Positions 50,523-63,021 of a stretch of 64,000 nucleotides of DNA are shown here, piece after piece. Numbering within the stretch: position 1 is the first letter of the stretch; the number at the start of each line of letters is the position of its first letter. Source of the stretch: Octopus sinensis (taxonomy: Eukaryota); assembly GCF_006345805.1 (NCBI RefSeq), contig NC_042998.1, positions 137,764,001 through 137,828,000 of the forward strand. Reading direction: 5' to 3'. The notes below the pieces were generated by a model that searched no databases, was not told where the DNA came from, and worked only from the letters and a program-made list of their open reading frames with translations. The position numbers were made by a program, and so were the translations under genes.

Positions 50523-51620
50523 GTATGTATTTATACACTTTTTACATTAAAATTTACCTACATATCAATGTATGTGTGTGTCATGTTCATGGTTGTGTGG
50601 ATAGGGTGTTTACTTCATAACCATGTGGTTCCAGGTTCTATCCTACTGCATGGTATTATGGAAAAGTGTCTTCTACAATAGCTTTGGGACAACCAATGCA
50701 TAAAAACTGTATGGAAGCTTGTGTCTTTGTTTTATGTCTATTTTTTCATGCTCACATGAGTTATATGAACCTCATATTATTGAAGCTTGTTTGCTAGCTG
50801 GTTACCCGTCCTCTTACTAACTAATTGTTTTTCAAGTATGTGTTGAGTGTGTGTGTGTGTAGTATGGCTTGTTGAATGATACTTCATCAAAATGGTTTTC
50901 ATTGGACCTTGAAACAACTTTTCATACAATATATTTATAAATATATTATTTGTTAGAAAAATTTTATCAATAAAACAATTTTAAATACAGAATACTTTCT
51001 AATACAAAATGAGTGCAGACAACATTTATTTGAATATACTATTTTTTGTAAGATAATATTTTACGGACATTATTAAATATGGAATATTTAAAATTGCCAT
51101 ATAGCTTCGAGTTGGTATTCAGCATTTGGCACTCGTATTCCTGATAAATTCTTCAAATCTTCATGTAGCATCAGTTGGAGGCACAAATCAAGTGCATAGA
51201 ATGATTTACTAAGAATTTTTCTCCGTGTTCTTTTCCTGTCTTGCAAGTTAATTGGCCACCTCATTGGTGCCGATGACATGAGAAAAGCATCCAATATACT
51301 CTGTAAAATGGTTGGTGTCAGGAAGGGCACTGAGCCATAGGAAGTATGCCAAAGCTGACACTAGAGCTCTGTACAGCTGTGGCTTGCTGGATCCTGTCAC
51401 CCATCCAACCCATGATGTCATGGAAAATGGACATAAAATGATGAGTAAACCCTAGATTTTCAGTGTACCAACTTTGTAGTAATAATATCTGAACTTTTAC
51501 AATAACTATTCTGTCCAAAGTAGAAAAAAAAGCAACCTAAATATCTGCTGTATGGAAGTGATTTAAAATGCATTAAATACAGCCATTTCAAAATGAATTG
51601 TTGCAGACCTTATATATTAT

Positions 51621-51998
51621 AGGCACAGGAGTGGTTGTCTAGAAAGTAGCTTGCTTACCAACCACATGGTTCCAGGTTCAGTCCCACTGTGTGGCACGTT
51701 GGGCAAGTGTCTTCAACTATAGCCTTGGGCTGACCAAAGCCTTGAGTGGATTTGGTAGATGGAAACTGAAAGAAGCCCATCATATATGTATATATATGTT
51801 TGTGTTTGTCCCCCCACCATCGCTTGACAACCGATGTTGGTGTGTTCATGTCCCCATAACTTAGCGGTTTGGCAAAAAGAGACCGAAAGAATAAGTACCA
51901 GGCTTACAAAGAATAAGTCCTGGGGTTGATATGTTCAACTAAAGGCGGTGCTCCAGCATAGCCGCAGTCAAATAACTGAAACAAATAAAAGAATAAGA
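51621..51998 (+). mobile_element. Full-length tRNA-headed SINE; relatives at ~18215-18560, 37200-37375, 50590-50720 and 59420-59760
   Basis: A-box-like head, B-box GGTTCAGTCCC at 51675-51685, central AT/GT-rich linker and an A-rich tail. Confidence 0.82.
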
Positions 51999-53004
51999 TA
52001 CCTGGATAAAACACCAACTCAGTGTTTACATTAATTGCAAGATTGCATCATAAGTTGCTTATATAATATAAGCTATTTGATTAGTATTGTAGACGTATGA
52101 ATTCCCTTAATATGAATTAGAAAGCAGAAACTAAAAACTGTCAAGTATTGAATTGGGTTATCTACTTTTCCTGTTAGTCCCTTGTCCTCACAACAATAAA
52201 TTTATAACATCCTTCATGAAGGCTCTCTTTCACCTTGTGAGCTGCAAGACAACCCCACAAGTGCTGGTGCTGCAAAAAGGCATTCATTAGACTCTATAAG
52301 AAGTTAGCACATGAAATCAAGTACTAACTCAGGGTTTAAGAGGGCTCTTTAGTCTTGCTGGTGTCAAGGTAACCTTTATTGTGCTGGTGCCACAAAAAAT
52401 GCATCCAGTACATTTTATGAAATGTTGGTCTTAAGAAGGGCATTCACTTGTAGAAACAAAATCAAAATTGTGACATTGGAAGCCAGATGTAGCCTTCTGG
52501 CTTGTTGAATCCTGTTGAACTGTCTGACCTATGCTGATATGGAAAATGGATGTAGAACAATTGTGATTATAATGTTCTATTATCACTTCAGAGAACCAAA
52601 ATTATATTCTGTAATTCAAGAACTTCCTTCTTCAAGTGGAAAGAGTTCTATCATATCTTAATATGACTTATTAAACAGCAATCTGTTATAGATATTAAAA
52701 TTAAATATCCCAATCTGTGCCTGTTTTCTCCTTCAGCCATTATACAACTAATTAAATTCAATTTTTAATAATAATAATAATAATTTCAAATTTTGGAACA
52801 AGGCCAGAAATTTTGGGAGAGGGGATAGGTTGATTACATTGATCCTCAATATTCAAGTGGTACTTATTTTATTGACCCTGGAAGGATGAAAGTCAAAGTT
52901 GACCTTGTCAGAATTTGATCTGAGAACGTAAAGACCGATGAAATGCTGTTAAGCATTTTACCCAGCACAATAATGATTGTGTCAGCACATCGCCTAATAA
53001 TAAT

Positions 53005-53387
53005 GATATGGGATTTCTCCATAGTGACTGACCATACTTTTGGAGCAAAGAAATCAGATATTATAGAGGACAAAAAGAAGAAAAAATGTGTAATATCATA
53101 TGATAGTAGAATAGATATCATAGAAATTGAGAAATATCAGGACCTAGTCAGAGATTGTGAAAGATTAAGATGATGATCATTCCTGTGGTAGTTGGTGCAT
53201 TTGGCACAACACTTTAACTGCTACTTAGGAGGTTAAAGGATATTGGAAGTGAGATTTGCATTGTTGACTTGCAGAAAAGTGACATTCTGTGTTCTGCAAG
53301 AATCCTAAGTATGATTCTTGAGATTTGAGGGAAGTTATAGCCAGACCTCAAGCTATCATCTAATTAAATTAGCTTTAACAATAATAA
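53005..53387 (+). mobile_element. 3' fragment of an R4/Dong-like RLE non-LTR retrotransposon
   Basis: WDFSIVTDH..KKSDII.DKKKKKC...EKYQDL and IIPVVVGAFG...LQKSDILCSARIL..ILEI* (stop 53326-53328), followed by a short (AAT)n tail. Confidence 0.7.
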
Positions 53388-53610
53388 TCCTTTCTACTAT
53401 AGGCAGAAGGCCTGAGATTTTGTGGGTGGGGTTAGTTGATTACATTGACCTCAGTACTTGACTGGTACTTATTTCAACATTGAAATGATGAAAGGCATAG
53501 TCAACCTTAGCAGGTCTTGAATTTAGAACGTAAAACTGAACAAAATTCCACTAAGCATTTTGTCTGGTGTTCTGACAATTCTGCCAGCTTGCTGCCTTGT
53601 TATAATAATA

Positions 53611-53654
<44 letters not shown>

Positions 53655-55710
53655 CGCTCTATATAAAAGTGACCGAAAGTTTTACATTTGTGTGTCTCAT
53701 TTAGTTATGCAGGGTTCAATGGCAGTAGGTGTGCTTGGATTGCGACAAAAATTTACAGGGACATGTAAAATGAGGCGAGGAAGCGACTGGACTAGGTTAG
53801 AAATCTCCATCTCAAAAGCTGTGGTTACTAGGGCAGCACAACCCAGACTTTGACAAGTGTGTGTCACTTCTCTCTCTCAGATATCACCCTGTCTTCCTCG
53901 ATTTCTCTCTTTCCTCCCTTCCCTCCAATTTCTCTCTATAACAACGTTTGACAGCTTCCACTCTCTTTCCCCTCTCTGCCTTCGCTGTCTCTCTGTCACT
54001 CTTTCTCCTACCACCTCTCTCTCTGTATGTCTGTCTGTGTCTATAGAGAGAAAGCGTTGACAGCCGCAAAAGTTTAAATATTCCCGCCACAGGTCTTTTA
54101 GAATGTTGAATTATCACCTACCACCACCGCACAATCATGATAACAGATATTTATTGTGCTAATTTATATATATGTATGTGTGTTTGCGTGTGTATATATA
54201 TATATAATGTGTATCATCATCATCATCTGCTTTCCATGGGTTGGACGGTTCAACTGGGGTCTGTGAAGACAGAAGGCTGCATCAGGCCCAGTTTGATCTG
54301 GCAGTGTTTCTACGGCTGGATGCCCTTCCTAACGCCAACCACTCCGTGAGTGTAGTGGGTGCTTTTTACATGCTACCCGCACAAGTGCCAGACGGAGCTG
54401 GCAAACGGCCACGGACGGATGGTGCTTTTTACGTGCCACCGGCACGGGGGCCAGGCAAGGTTGGCAATGGCCACAATCGGATGGTGCTTTTTACATGCCA
54501 CCGGCACGGGGGCCAGGCGAGGCTGGCAACGGCCACGAACAGATGGTGCTACGTGCCACCGGCACGGGGGCCAGGTGAGGCTGGCAACGGCCATGAACGG
54601 ATGGTGCTTTTTACGTGCCACCGGCACGGAGGCCAGTCGGGGCGGCGCTGGCAACGGCCACGATCGGATGGTTCGCTTACTTGTCACCGGCACTGGTATA
54701 TATATATATAATGCATACATATGTACATATATATTTAATGCATATGTATATATATAGTGTGTGCATATGTGGTTGGATTGAGCTGAAAATATCCACACCT
54801 ATGTTAAAAGTGCTGGGGAGTTTGCATGGCAACTTTGAGATTGCTCAATTGAAAGGTGTGGCCTCTAGGGCAAAATTCCTCATCTTTTAAAATGTGGTCC
54901 AAGTAGACCTGAATGAAATCAGGTTATCATACCGAAACAAATAAAACAATAATAAACTATTTTAATCCCAAGCAAGGCCGGGTTTCTCTGCTCATAATAA
55001 TAATAATAATATTAATAACAACCCAATGTTTCTGTTGTCTTAGAGAATATTAGTAATGATCCAGAACATTAAAGTGAAAAATAAGTTTCCTGGCATTTTG
55101 AATTCTGCCAAACAAGAGATTGCAATATTGTAATTAACTTATCTTTAGTACCCAAAGAATTTTACAAGAAATAAATAAACAAAATTATCAAAATAGATGC
55201 ACATATATTTTCATGCATTCATATCACTTTTTGCAAAAAGTCTTTCATATACAAAAGAATAACTTAAAATCAGAGATTGCCTATATTTTTATGTTCATGT
55301 TTTTAAGATATATAAGAAAGTGTTTATGTATGTGTCAGCTTTGATGTGATATCATGATCCCCTGTTTTGGAAAGAGGCTTGTAAACCAAGATGCTGTCAC
55401 CTCTCTTTACAGTTCTGAGACACACAAGTATACAGATGTTCATTCATTTGTTTTATTTCTGTTTTTCTATGTTAGCATTGAACAGCTACATATTACTGAA
55501 GTATTATTTTATAGCCACGTTGCCCAGTTGTAGAACATTCCCTCAGTGATAGATATTCATCTAACACGTGACAGCATGGTAAAACAAACTTAAGTTTGTG
55601 TGTGTGAGTCTATATGTGTATCTGACCACTATCTAGCTGACTGCCTGTCTGTCTGTTTATCTCTCTATCAGTTGATTGACATATATTTTTGTTTTTCTTT
55701 TTATCTTCAG

Positions 55711-55865
55711 GAAAATCTGGGATGCTGTTAGCGGAGATGAACTACACACATTCTCCCATAAACATATTGTTAAGTCAGTAGATTTTTCTCGTGACAGCAA
55801 ACTGCTGCTTACTGCTAGTCAAGAAAAAAAGCTAAAAATATTTGATTTGGAAAAGCATGAAGCAG
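55711..55865 (+). CDS. STRAP: STRAP coding exon 3 (KIWDAVSGDELHTFSHKHIVKSVDFSRDSKLLLTASQEKKLKIFDLEKHEA)
   Basis: Acceptor TCTTCAG; donor G|GTTTGT; 155 nt; phases 2 and 1. Confidence 0.96.
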
Positions 55866-56299
55866 GTTTGTATGGAAACTTATGTGTTATTAAGTATTAA
55901 AACTAATGACCGAATTAGTAAAACTAAACATTAAGTTGCCACCATTATCATCATAATAGTTCTCATGGACTTCACTTCCATTGCTGTTGTTTTGGGGACA
56001 TATATGCTGTATATGTATGTGCCTATATATGTTTGTGTGTGTATGCCTGATATGTGTGTGTGCACATATGTGATGTGTGTGTTTGCATGGTGTGTGTGTG
56101 CCCATGTGCTTTATGTATGCTTCAGTGTGTGTATGGTCGTGTGTTTCTGTCTCTTTGCACGTGTGTGTGTATGTGCATATCTATCTACCTACCTACCAAC
56201 TTATTTACTTGCCTGTCTCCCCACCTATCTACCTATTCAACTGCCTACTTATAAATGTACCTATGTATGCACACTGTATGAGTGTATCTGTGGCATTGA

Positions 56300-57150
56300 G
56301 GTATCTCTATCTCCTACGTTTATTTCCCATTTAGTATTGGTAATTTATGAGGATTTCCTCTTGTATTTGTCTAAGTAGTGGGTCTTTTGGGTGTTAGGAC
56401 AAAATGTAGATGTCAATTTGGCCCAGCGTGCCATCATGTTGGTCTTTGGCATGTTGATAAAGTATGGGCAACTGTTTCTTGTCATTATACTCCTTCCAGT
56501 GTTCATTTAGCCACTCTGCTAAACTCTCCAGTGTATGCCATGTTTCTGTGCTTACAAACTCCTTCCATACACCTTATGCGGTACATTTCTAGTCTTACAG
56601 TTAGTACTGGGGTTAATGTTACATACTTCACAGTTTTCATTAGTGCATGTGGTATTTTTGAAGAGGTACGTCCTGCATAATTGTGATCTGATGGAACTCC
56701 CTGGCTTCTCAATGATCTTAATGTTAAGTTTGGAGTCTTTCAGTGTCTTCATAAACCTATGGGCTAATTCCCCATGAGGTGTGGCCTCTACAAACATCAG
56801 TCCTTGATATTTAACAGCCTTGTACCATGTGTTCACTCTGTTTTATCACAAATTCTCTGTACACTATTGCAGTCTTTACTTCAGTATATAGAATGTGTAC
56901 CACTTGTGTCGTTACATATGATAATATCAAATTTCTTTTTGGCTATCCTGTATACTCAAATCCTATCTTTCTGATTGTATCCGGAGAATTGTTTGCAGTT
57001 CATGAAGTTCTGTGTATGTTTCTTTGTTTCATTAGGTTTGCATAGGAGTGGGGGAAGGAACACATTATTCATTATTCTAAGTCTGCTATTAGTATGCTAA
57101 TTTTTGTATTGTGTGACAAAACTAAGTTTTTTCTAAAATTTTTGTTGTTT
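56300..57150 (-). mobile_element. Degenerate Penelope-like (Neptune-type) GIY-YIG region
   Basis: ORF 56552-56836 has FVEATPHGELA...IKIIEKPG.S...C..C.VC....C; a shifted frame gives YTGEFSR and LRQIQEEILI. Confidence 0.7.
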
Positions 57151-57531
57151 CTTGTAACCTCTTCAATCGTCATTGAGTAAGGAAAGAAAGTCTGAATTTG
57201 TAAAATAATGTAGCTAAAGCCAGCAAGTTTTACATCCTTGATTTATTACTTCTCTGTATATTTTATATTGAAAGAGTCTTTCTAATTACATAAAGATAAA
57301 TTTTCTCAGTTGTTTTTTGGAGTTGTTCATAATATATAATTGTAAAAAAGCCTTCATTGTAAAACTGTTCAGTGTGTTTTCATTGCTGCTTTTAACAATG
57401 CACTAGGCACTTCATTCTTTTTGAACATTTTTCACATTTCCCTTAAATTTCTTTTAATAGGACAGTTTTAACTCTTTATTCTCATAGAAGTAAGTTACTA
57501 ATTATTCTTCTATGCAATGTTTTTATTTCAG

Positions 57532-57631
57532 AACCCAAAGTATTTGCTGGTCACAAAGACACGCTTAAATGTGCTATCTTCACTAAAGATGCACAGCAAT
57601 TAATTAGTGCATCAGATGATAAAACAGTTCG
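57532..57631 (+). CDS. STRAP: STRAP coding exon 4 (EPKVFAGHKDTLKCAIFTKDAQQLISASDDKTVR)
   Basis: Acceptor TTTATTTCAG; donor CG|GTTTGT; 100 nt; not in the ORF track but open and in phase. Confidence 0.93.
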
Positions 57632-58559
57632 GTTTGTATTATTTTCTATTTTTAAATTGTTTGCCTCTTATTAAGATTATTCTGTTAGCTTTTCTTGTCT
57701 ATGTATTAACATTTTTATAATTTTTTTTTCATTTGGTGGATTTTTTACAGACCTTTTTTATAATTACCTTTAACTCCAGAATTAGTATATCTGTCTTCAT
57801 TATCAGTGATTCATTCATCACTGATCCAGGATAACATGGCATGGTAATTGTGAACCATTTTATGCTTATCTAATAACACAGGCTGGTGATCAGTTGCATA
57901 TTCTGCTTGGACTGCAAAAGTATGCCCCAGCATCTACAATGCTCAGTACAATTTGTTGATTCATTTAACACTGTTCATTGTAACCAAACACACTTGATAA
58001 TCAAGGATAGATGTACTAGTTAAATTTATTTAAATTAGCAAATAACTCTGATGAGGTGGGGTTATCTACCAGGTTAGTTACAGTGGTATAATTAGAATGA
58101 TTAAAATTTAAGAGAGAACCAAGAAGCCTGAGCTGCTTTGGATCATGGGAAGTTGTATGACACCTGATGGTTTCATCATCAGTTAATACCTGCTTTCCAT
58201 GCTGGCCAAAGGTACTAATGATATAAATGAAGAAAAGTACTTTTAACCAGGAATTGCTGTTCCAGCATGGCCCCAGCCTCTGGCTGAAACCAGTAAAAGA
58301 ATAATAATAGTAGAATAGAGGAATAATAAGAGCAATAGTAATGGTGTCAGCTTCAGTAAAAGCTGTATTTTTGTGCTTTCAATACTGATTAAAATAAAAA
58401 CTATAGTAGTAGTAACAGTTTTCCAGGCATATGTTAGCTCCATTACAATTGGATATATGAGTTGGAGATTCTTCTGTGGTTAACTGCTTGACTATTTATA
58501 ATTCAATACATGAGCTCAAACTCTATTTACCTTCATATTGCTGAAAGAAGTATTATTCT

Positions 58560-58860
58560 GACTTCATAGTAGTCAAGGTATGTCACAAGCCTCGTGACTC
58601 ATGAGGCTGGAGCATAACTTGGTTCCCATGGCATATGAATGACATAGATTACAACACACCCCACTGAACATGATGTCGGTCCATCACAGCATTATGTTTC
58701 CAGCTATTGCTGGTACCCATTTACAGCTGAGTGAACTGGAGCAATGTGAAATGAAATGTTTTGCTCAAGACTGTAATGCACTGCCAGTTTGGGAAGTCAT
58801 ACTATGATCTTAAGATTCTAAGTAAACACCTCACTTACTAAGCCATGTGCCTTCACTTCA
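58560..58860 (-). mobile_element. CORE-domain-like SINE, degenerate; relatives at ~30550-30800 and ~49360-49560
   Basis: Reverse complement contains CTTGAGCAAAACATTTCATTTCACATTGCTCCAGTTCACTCAGCTGTAAATGGGTACC, resembling the CORE central domain. Confidence 0.6.
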
Positions 58861-59088
58861 TAATACATTGGCTAGTATTAAGTTAAGTATATGGCAATAA
58901 CAAGCTTCCTTCAATATTTCCCACGAAAATTTTTTTTTATTTATAAAAACCTCATATCTTTTAGTGTAGAAAATAAATGCAAAAAAAATAATAATTTCAA
59001 CTTTTTTTAGTATTTTAATTCAAATCTAAGGTTATTTTAGGCAAAAATATCCTTCTGTTTGTTTTTACAATTTTAAATTCTGTTTCAG

Positions 59089-59226
59089 TGTCTGGGATGT
59101 GAATAATGAAAGTGAAATAAAGCAATTGGAGTTTGCAAATCCTCCCAACGGCTTAGAACTCTCTAGGGATGGCTCTGTTTTAGTAGTCACCAGTGGATGT
59201 GTTACAAGTTTCTGGGATACTGGATC
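59089..59226 (+). CDS. STRAP: STRAP coding exon 5 (VWDVNNESEIKQLEFANPPNGLELSRDGSVLVVTSGCVTSFWDTGS)
   Basis: Acceptor TGTTTCAG; donor TC|GTGAGT; 138 nt; WD40 repeat; in phase. Confidence 0.93.
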
Positions 59227-61514
59227 GTGAGTTGGCTCTTATTGAAATTTTTTTGTCTTTTTATTATAGTGTTTTTACAGGTGAAGACATAGATTAAGAG
59301 TAGCTTATTTAGAGTAGCCTTTTCAGCACACTAACATAAGTTTAAAATTTGATTTTCCAAATTTATCAACTCTATTATTTATATTGGTTGATATAGGCAC
59401 AGCTGTGATTATAGATGTAGGAATGGCTATGTGGTCGAGAAGCTTGCTTCTCAACCATGTGGTCTTGGGTTCAGTCCCACTGCATGGCACCTTTGAGCAA
59501 TGATTTTTTTTTTTAGTGTAGCTCCATTGAGTGGAATTAGGAGATGGAAACCGAAAGAAGCTTATTTTGTGTGTTTGTGTGTATCCTTGTTTTGACATTA
59601 TGATGGTTTATATCCCAGCATCACTGTCATACAAACAATGTTGTTTATTTCCAATCTTCCATGTAAAACATGTCTAAGAAATATTACTTTACTTAGAAAC
59701 AGGTGAGGGATGGTGATAGGAATGGTATCCAGCTATCGAAAAATCTGCCTCAGGAAATTGTCTGGTCTATGCAAACATGGAAAAGTGAATGATTAAAACA
59801 ATGTGGATGATGTGGCATGGTTATTGATTCCATTGAGTATATATCTTATCTGAGAAAGTTTGAAACTTAATATTTTGTTTCATTGCTTCAGAAATAATTG
59901 CTGAGAAAAAGAATTCTATTAATTTTTAAAATTTTCATCTGCAGTTCATGTCTCTTTTGCTTTCTATGTATTATCTTGTTTAGTAAATTTCTATTTTAGA
60001 TTAGGAGAAAAAACTAAAACTCAATATTCAATTTTTAAAAAGCAATTAATTAGTACTGCTGAGGTCAATTTTGTCTTATTCTTCATCAGTAAGAAAAATA
60101 TCAACCTTGGGCAGTGGATTAGTGAACTGTCAGAATGCTGAACTAAAATGCCTTGTGGTGTCTGTCCTGGCTCTTTGTATTCTGAGTTCAAATCCTTCCT
60201 TGGCATGCATGAATGGTCAACTTAATTTGTCACCCAGTTGAACACCATTACTTAACATTTTGAATGCTTTTAGCAGAGTTCACTATGTTGCAAATATTTG
60301 GGCTGGTTTGAGGATATGTTCCTCCCTCTCACCTGATTTGGAGGTTTTGTAAAAGGTCATGAGCATTGCCCTCCTCCTGACAAAAAAAGTAACAGAAAAA
60401 AAAAAGAAAAATGAATTGGTGGAAGCAGCTATAGCATCCATAAATTTTGCAGCTGACATTGATGCTATTGATATTTAATCTGAACATCTTTTGGGTGAAG
60501 TCTAGGGAAAACATGAAGAGGGAGTGAAGTTCAGAGAGTAGCAGCTCTAAAGAAATTTGAATGGAAAGTCCTTTTGTGCTGGATGTGGGAAAGATGGTAC
60601 ATCAGATTATTTGCAGATGAAATTGGTATCTTGACCACTACAGTTTTGTTTCAGATTTGCAACTGTAATTTAGATAAAAATTTGTGATTGCACTGTTATT
60701 TAAGCCTCTTCTATGGAGTGTAGGCCATTGACGACTTTTCTCCACTGTTCTCAACTCTGGGCTGTCCTCTCCGAGGTCTTGTTGGTTTTGAATTGTCATC
60801 TATACTTTGTCGTTTTTCTAAATCGAAGTGTTGGCTCTACACAAACTCCTTTTTTCCTCCGGGAAGTGGTGGTTTATATCAGTCTAGTCCCTATCCTTTG
60901 ATCTGTCCAGCATAGGAGGCCCTACCAAGAGCTTGCACTCCACTGACATAGCCTTCAGGGCCATTGAGGTACACAGCTCATCACACTGCAACAAGGACTG
61001 GACTGTGTAGTAGAATTGCACTGTTTCACTAACCTCTCCCCCACATATACAGTGAGTTCACATGAAATATGGTCATATAAAGTTCTGTAGTTTCCCTGGG
61101 TGGATTGTTTGACTGTGAAATATTTTGTTTTTAATTGATTGATTTATTGCATATATTGAATTACTGTTTATTACACGTTTTTTTTTTGTTTTTTTTTACT
61201 TAAAATCATTTTTTTTTCCACATAACTTGCTATATAACTACTAAATAGACTACTTTATAATTACCATCATTGATACTTTAAATAGTATTTGGACAATTTA
61301 TTTTTACTTTCCCTAATTAGTAGTCATCTATGATTTATTACAAAGTGGTCTTCAATTTATTTCTCCAATAGTTTAAATACATCGACTATGTACATATGCT
61401 CTTGCATAATGCTCATCAATTACAAAACAAATCCACCCTATATTTGGCTCTATGATGGTTGTAACTCCAAACGAATATTTAATTTCTTGAAACACTTACA
61501 TTAATATATATTAT

Positions 61515-61622
61515 TTACAATTGATGGATATTTGTCAATTGTAAATAATGTATATAATTCCTCATCTCTTACAATTGACAGATATTTGTCAATTGTAAAT
61601 AATGTACATTATTCCTCATCTC
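61515..61622. repeat. 54-bp tandem duplication, each unit containing a palindrome
   Basis: Units at 61515-61568 and 61569-61622; TTACAATTGACA-gatatt-TGTCAATTGTAA is a perfect 12-bp stem in the second unit. Confidence 0.88.
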
Positions 61623-62884
61623 TTAAATATAGAACTGTACTAACATTAATGCTTATTCTTGAAAGCTAACTCAATGACAAAAACTTTTACCACTGTCAAT
61701 CTAAAATTCAGTATTTACTTATGTGTAAGATATCATAACATCACCTAACATATGATACAATATAACATGTATCCAAATGAGAAAGTAGACTAGCTATCAC
61801 ATGACCAACAGACAAGGAAACAATGTTTGTTTATGAAAGATAGAAAGAAATAAGAGGAACATGCTCTCTTAGTTATGTAATGAAATGACAGAGTGAAAAA
61901 CTGGGTATGAAGGAATTAAATGTAATGTGCAATAAAAAACACAAAAAAAATGATGCTAGTACACACTTGTAATGCATATGCAGATGGATAACAGTTGGGT
62001 GAAGAAGTACTCAGAAATTCAGGTGGAAGGTGGAGGGGAACCTATTAAGAAAGATTAGGAAGACATGGGAAGATGTGACAAAGGCTGAATCTCAGAAAGG
62101 AGATGGTAAAGGACTAACAAGTGGTGAGATATGCTGGAGACAATTTATCCAAACCATCTAAGCATGGAAAAAGATATAAAAATGATGACTATTTTATTTT
62201 TCTCGTCCCTCACTTCTCTCTCCTGCTGTGGTAACCATGTATCCCTATATCTGTTTCTGCTCCTCTATCAAACTTTAACCTCTCTTCACATGGCATAAAG
62301 CTACCTCCCTCAATACTAGTCACCTGCTCCTCAGTTGTGAGGTGGTTTTGTCTTGCAAGTTACTTGGTGACCTCACTAGTGCTAGTGCCATCTAAAAAGC
62401 ACTCAGTACACTCTTTAAAGTGGTTGGCATTAGGAAGAACATCCATCCATTGTAACTGTGCCAAAGCAGACATTGGAGCTTGGCACAGTCCTCTGGTTTA
62501 TCAGCTCCTATTAAATTGTTTAACCCATGCCAGCATGAAAAACAAACGTTAAAATGATGATGGTGAAAGCAGTTATTTCATTTCAACATTAGTTATACAT
62601 TAAACAAATTTAAGAAAAATATTATTACTGTGAAAGAAAACAGTGTTTAGGATTACCCTATGAATCTAGTCACCTTATATTGTGTAAAAACAGTTTTAGC
62701 TAACAGTTGGAAACTTACTAATTTTGTTGTTGCTGATAAGCATTAATGTACAAATTATTGTACATTTAGAAGAAATATTCACTTTTCCATTCCTGTTTGT
62801 TTTATATGTATATTTCCCTTTCCATTGTTTGTATATGAAATTTTATTTTTTTGACAATTTATATATGGATTTATTCATTTTTAG

Positions 62885-63021
62885 ATTTGAGAAGATAAAA
62901 GAATTTGAGGCTCCAACACAGTTGTATTCTGCTTCACTCCATCACCAAAAAGATGTGTTTGTGTGTGGTGGTGAAGATTTTAAAATGTACAAGTATGATT
63001 ATGAGTCCGGAGCAGAAATTG
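62885..63021 (+). CDS. STRAP: STRAP coding exon 6 (FEKIKEFEAPTQLYSASLHHQKDVFVCGGEDFKMYKYDYESGAEI); gene continues beyond the window
   Basis: Acceptor TTTTTTAG; donor G|GTGAGT; 137 nt; GGEDFKxYKYDY matches STRAP. Confidence 0.96.

Noticed and set aside
34043-57637. Unusual +3 T donors (GTTCGT, GTTTGT twice) in STRAP
   Set aside because: All keep GT with G+5 and T+6 and give in-frame joins; within normal variation.
62940-62945. STRAP SASLHH where orthologs, as I recall, have SASLHP
   Set aside because: A single substitution, not fixable by A-to-I editing; could be a polymorphism or sequencing error and cannot be assessed here.
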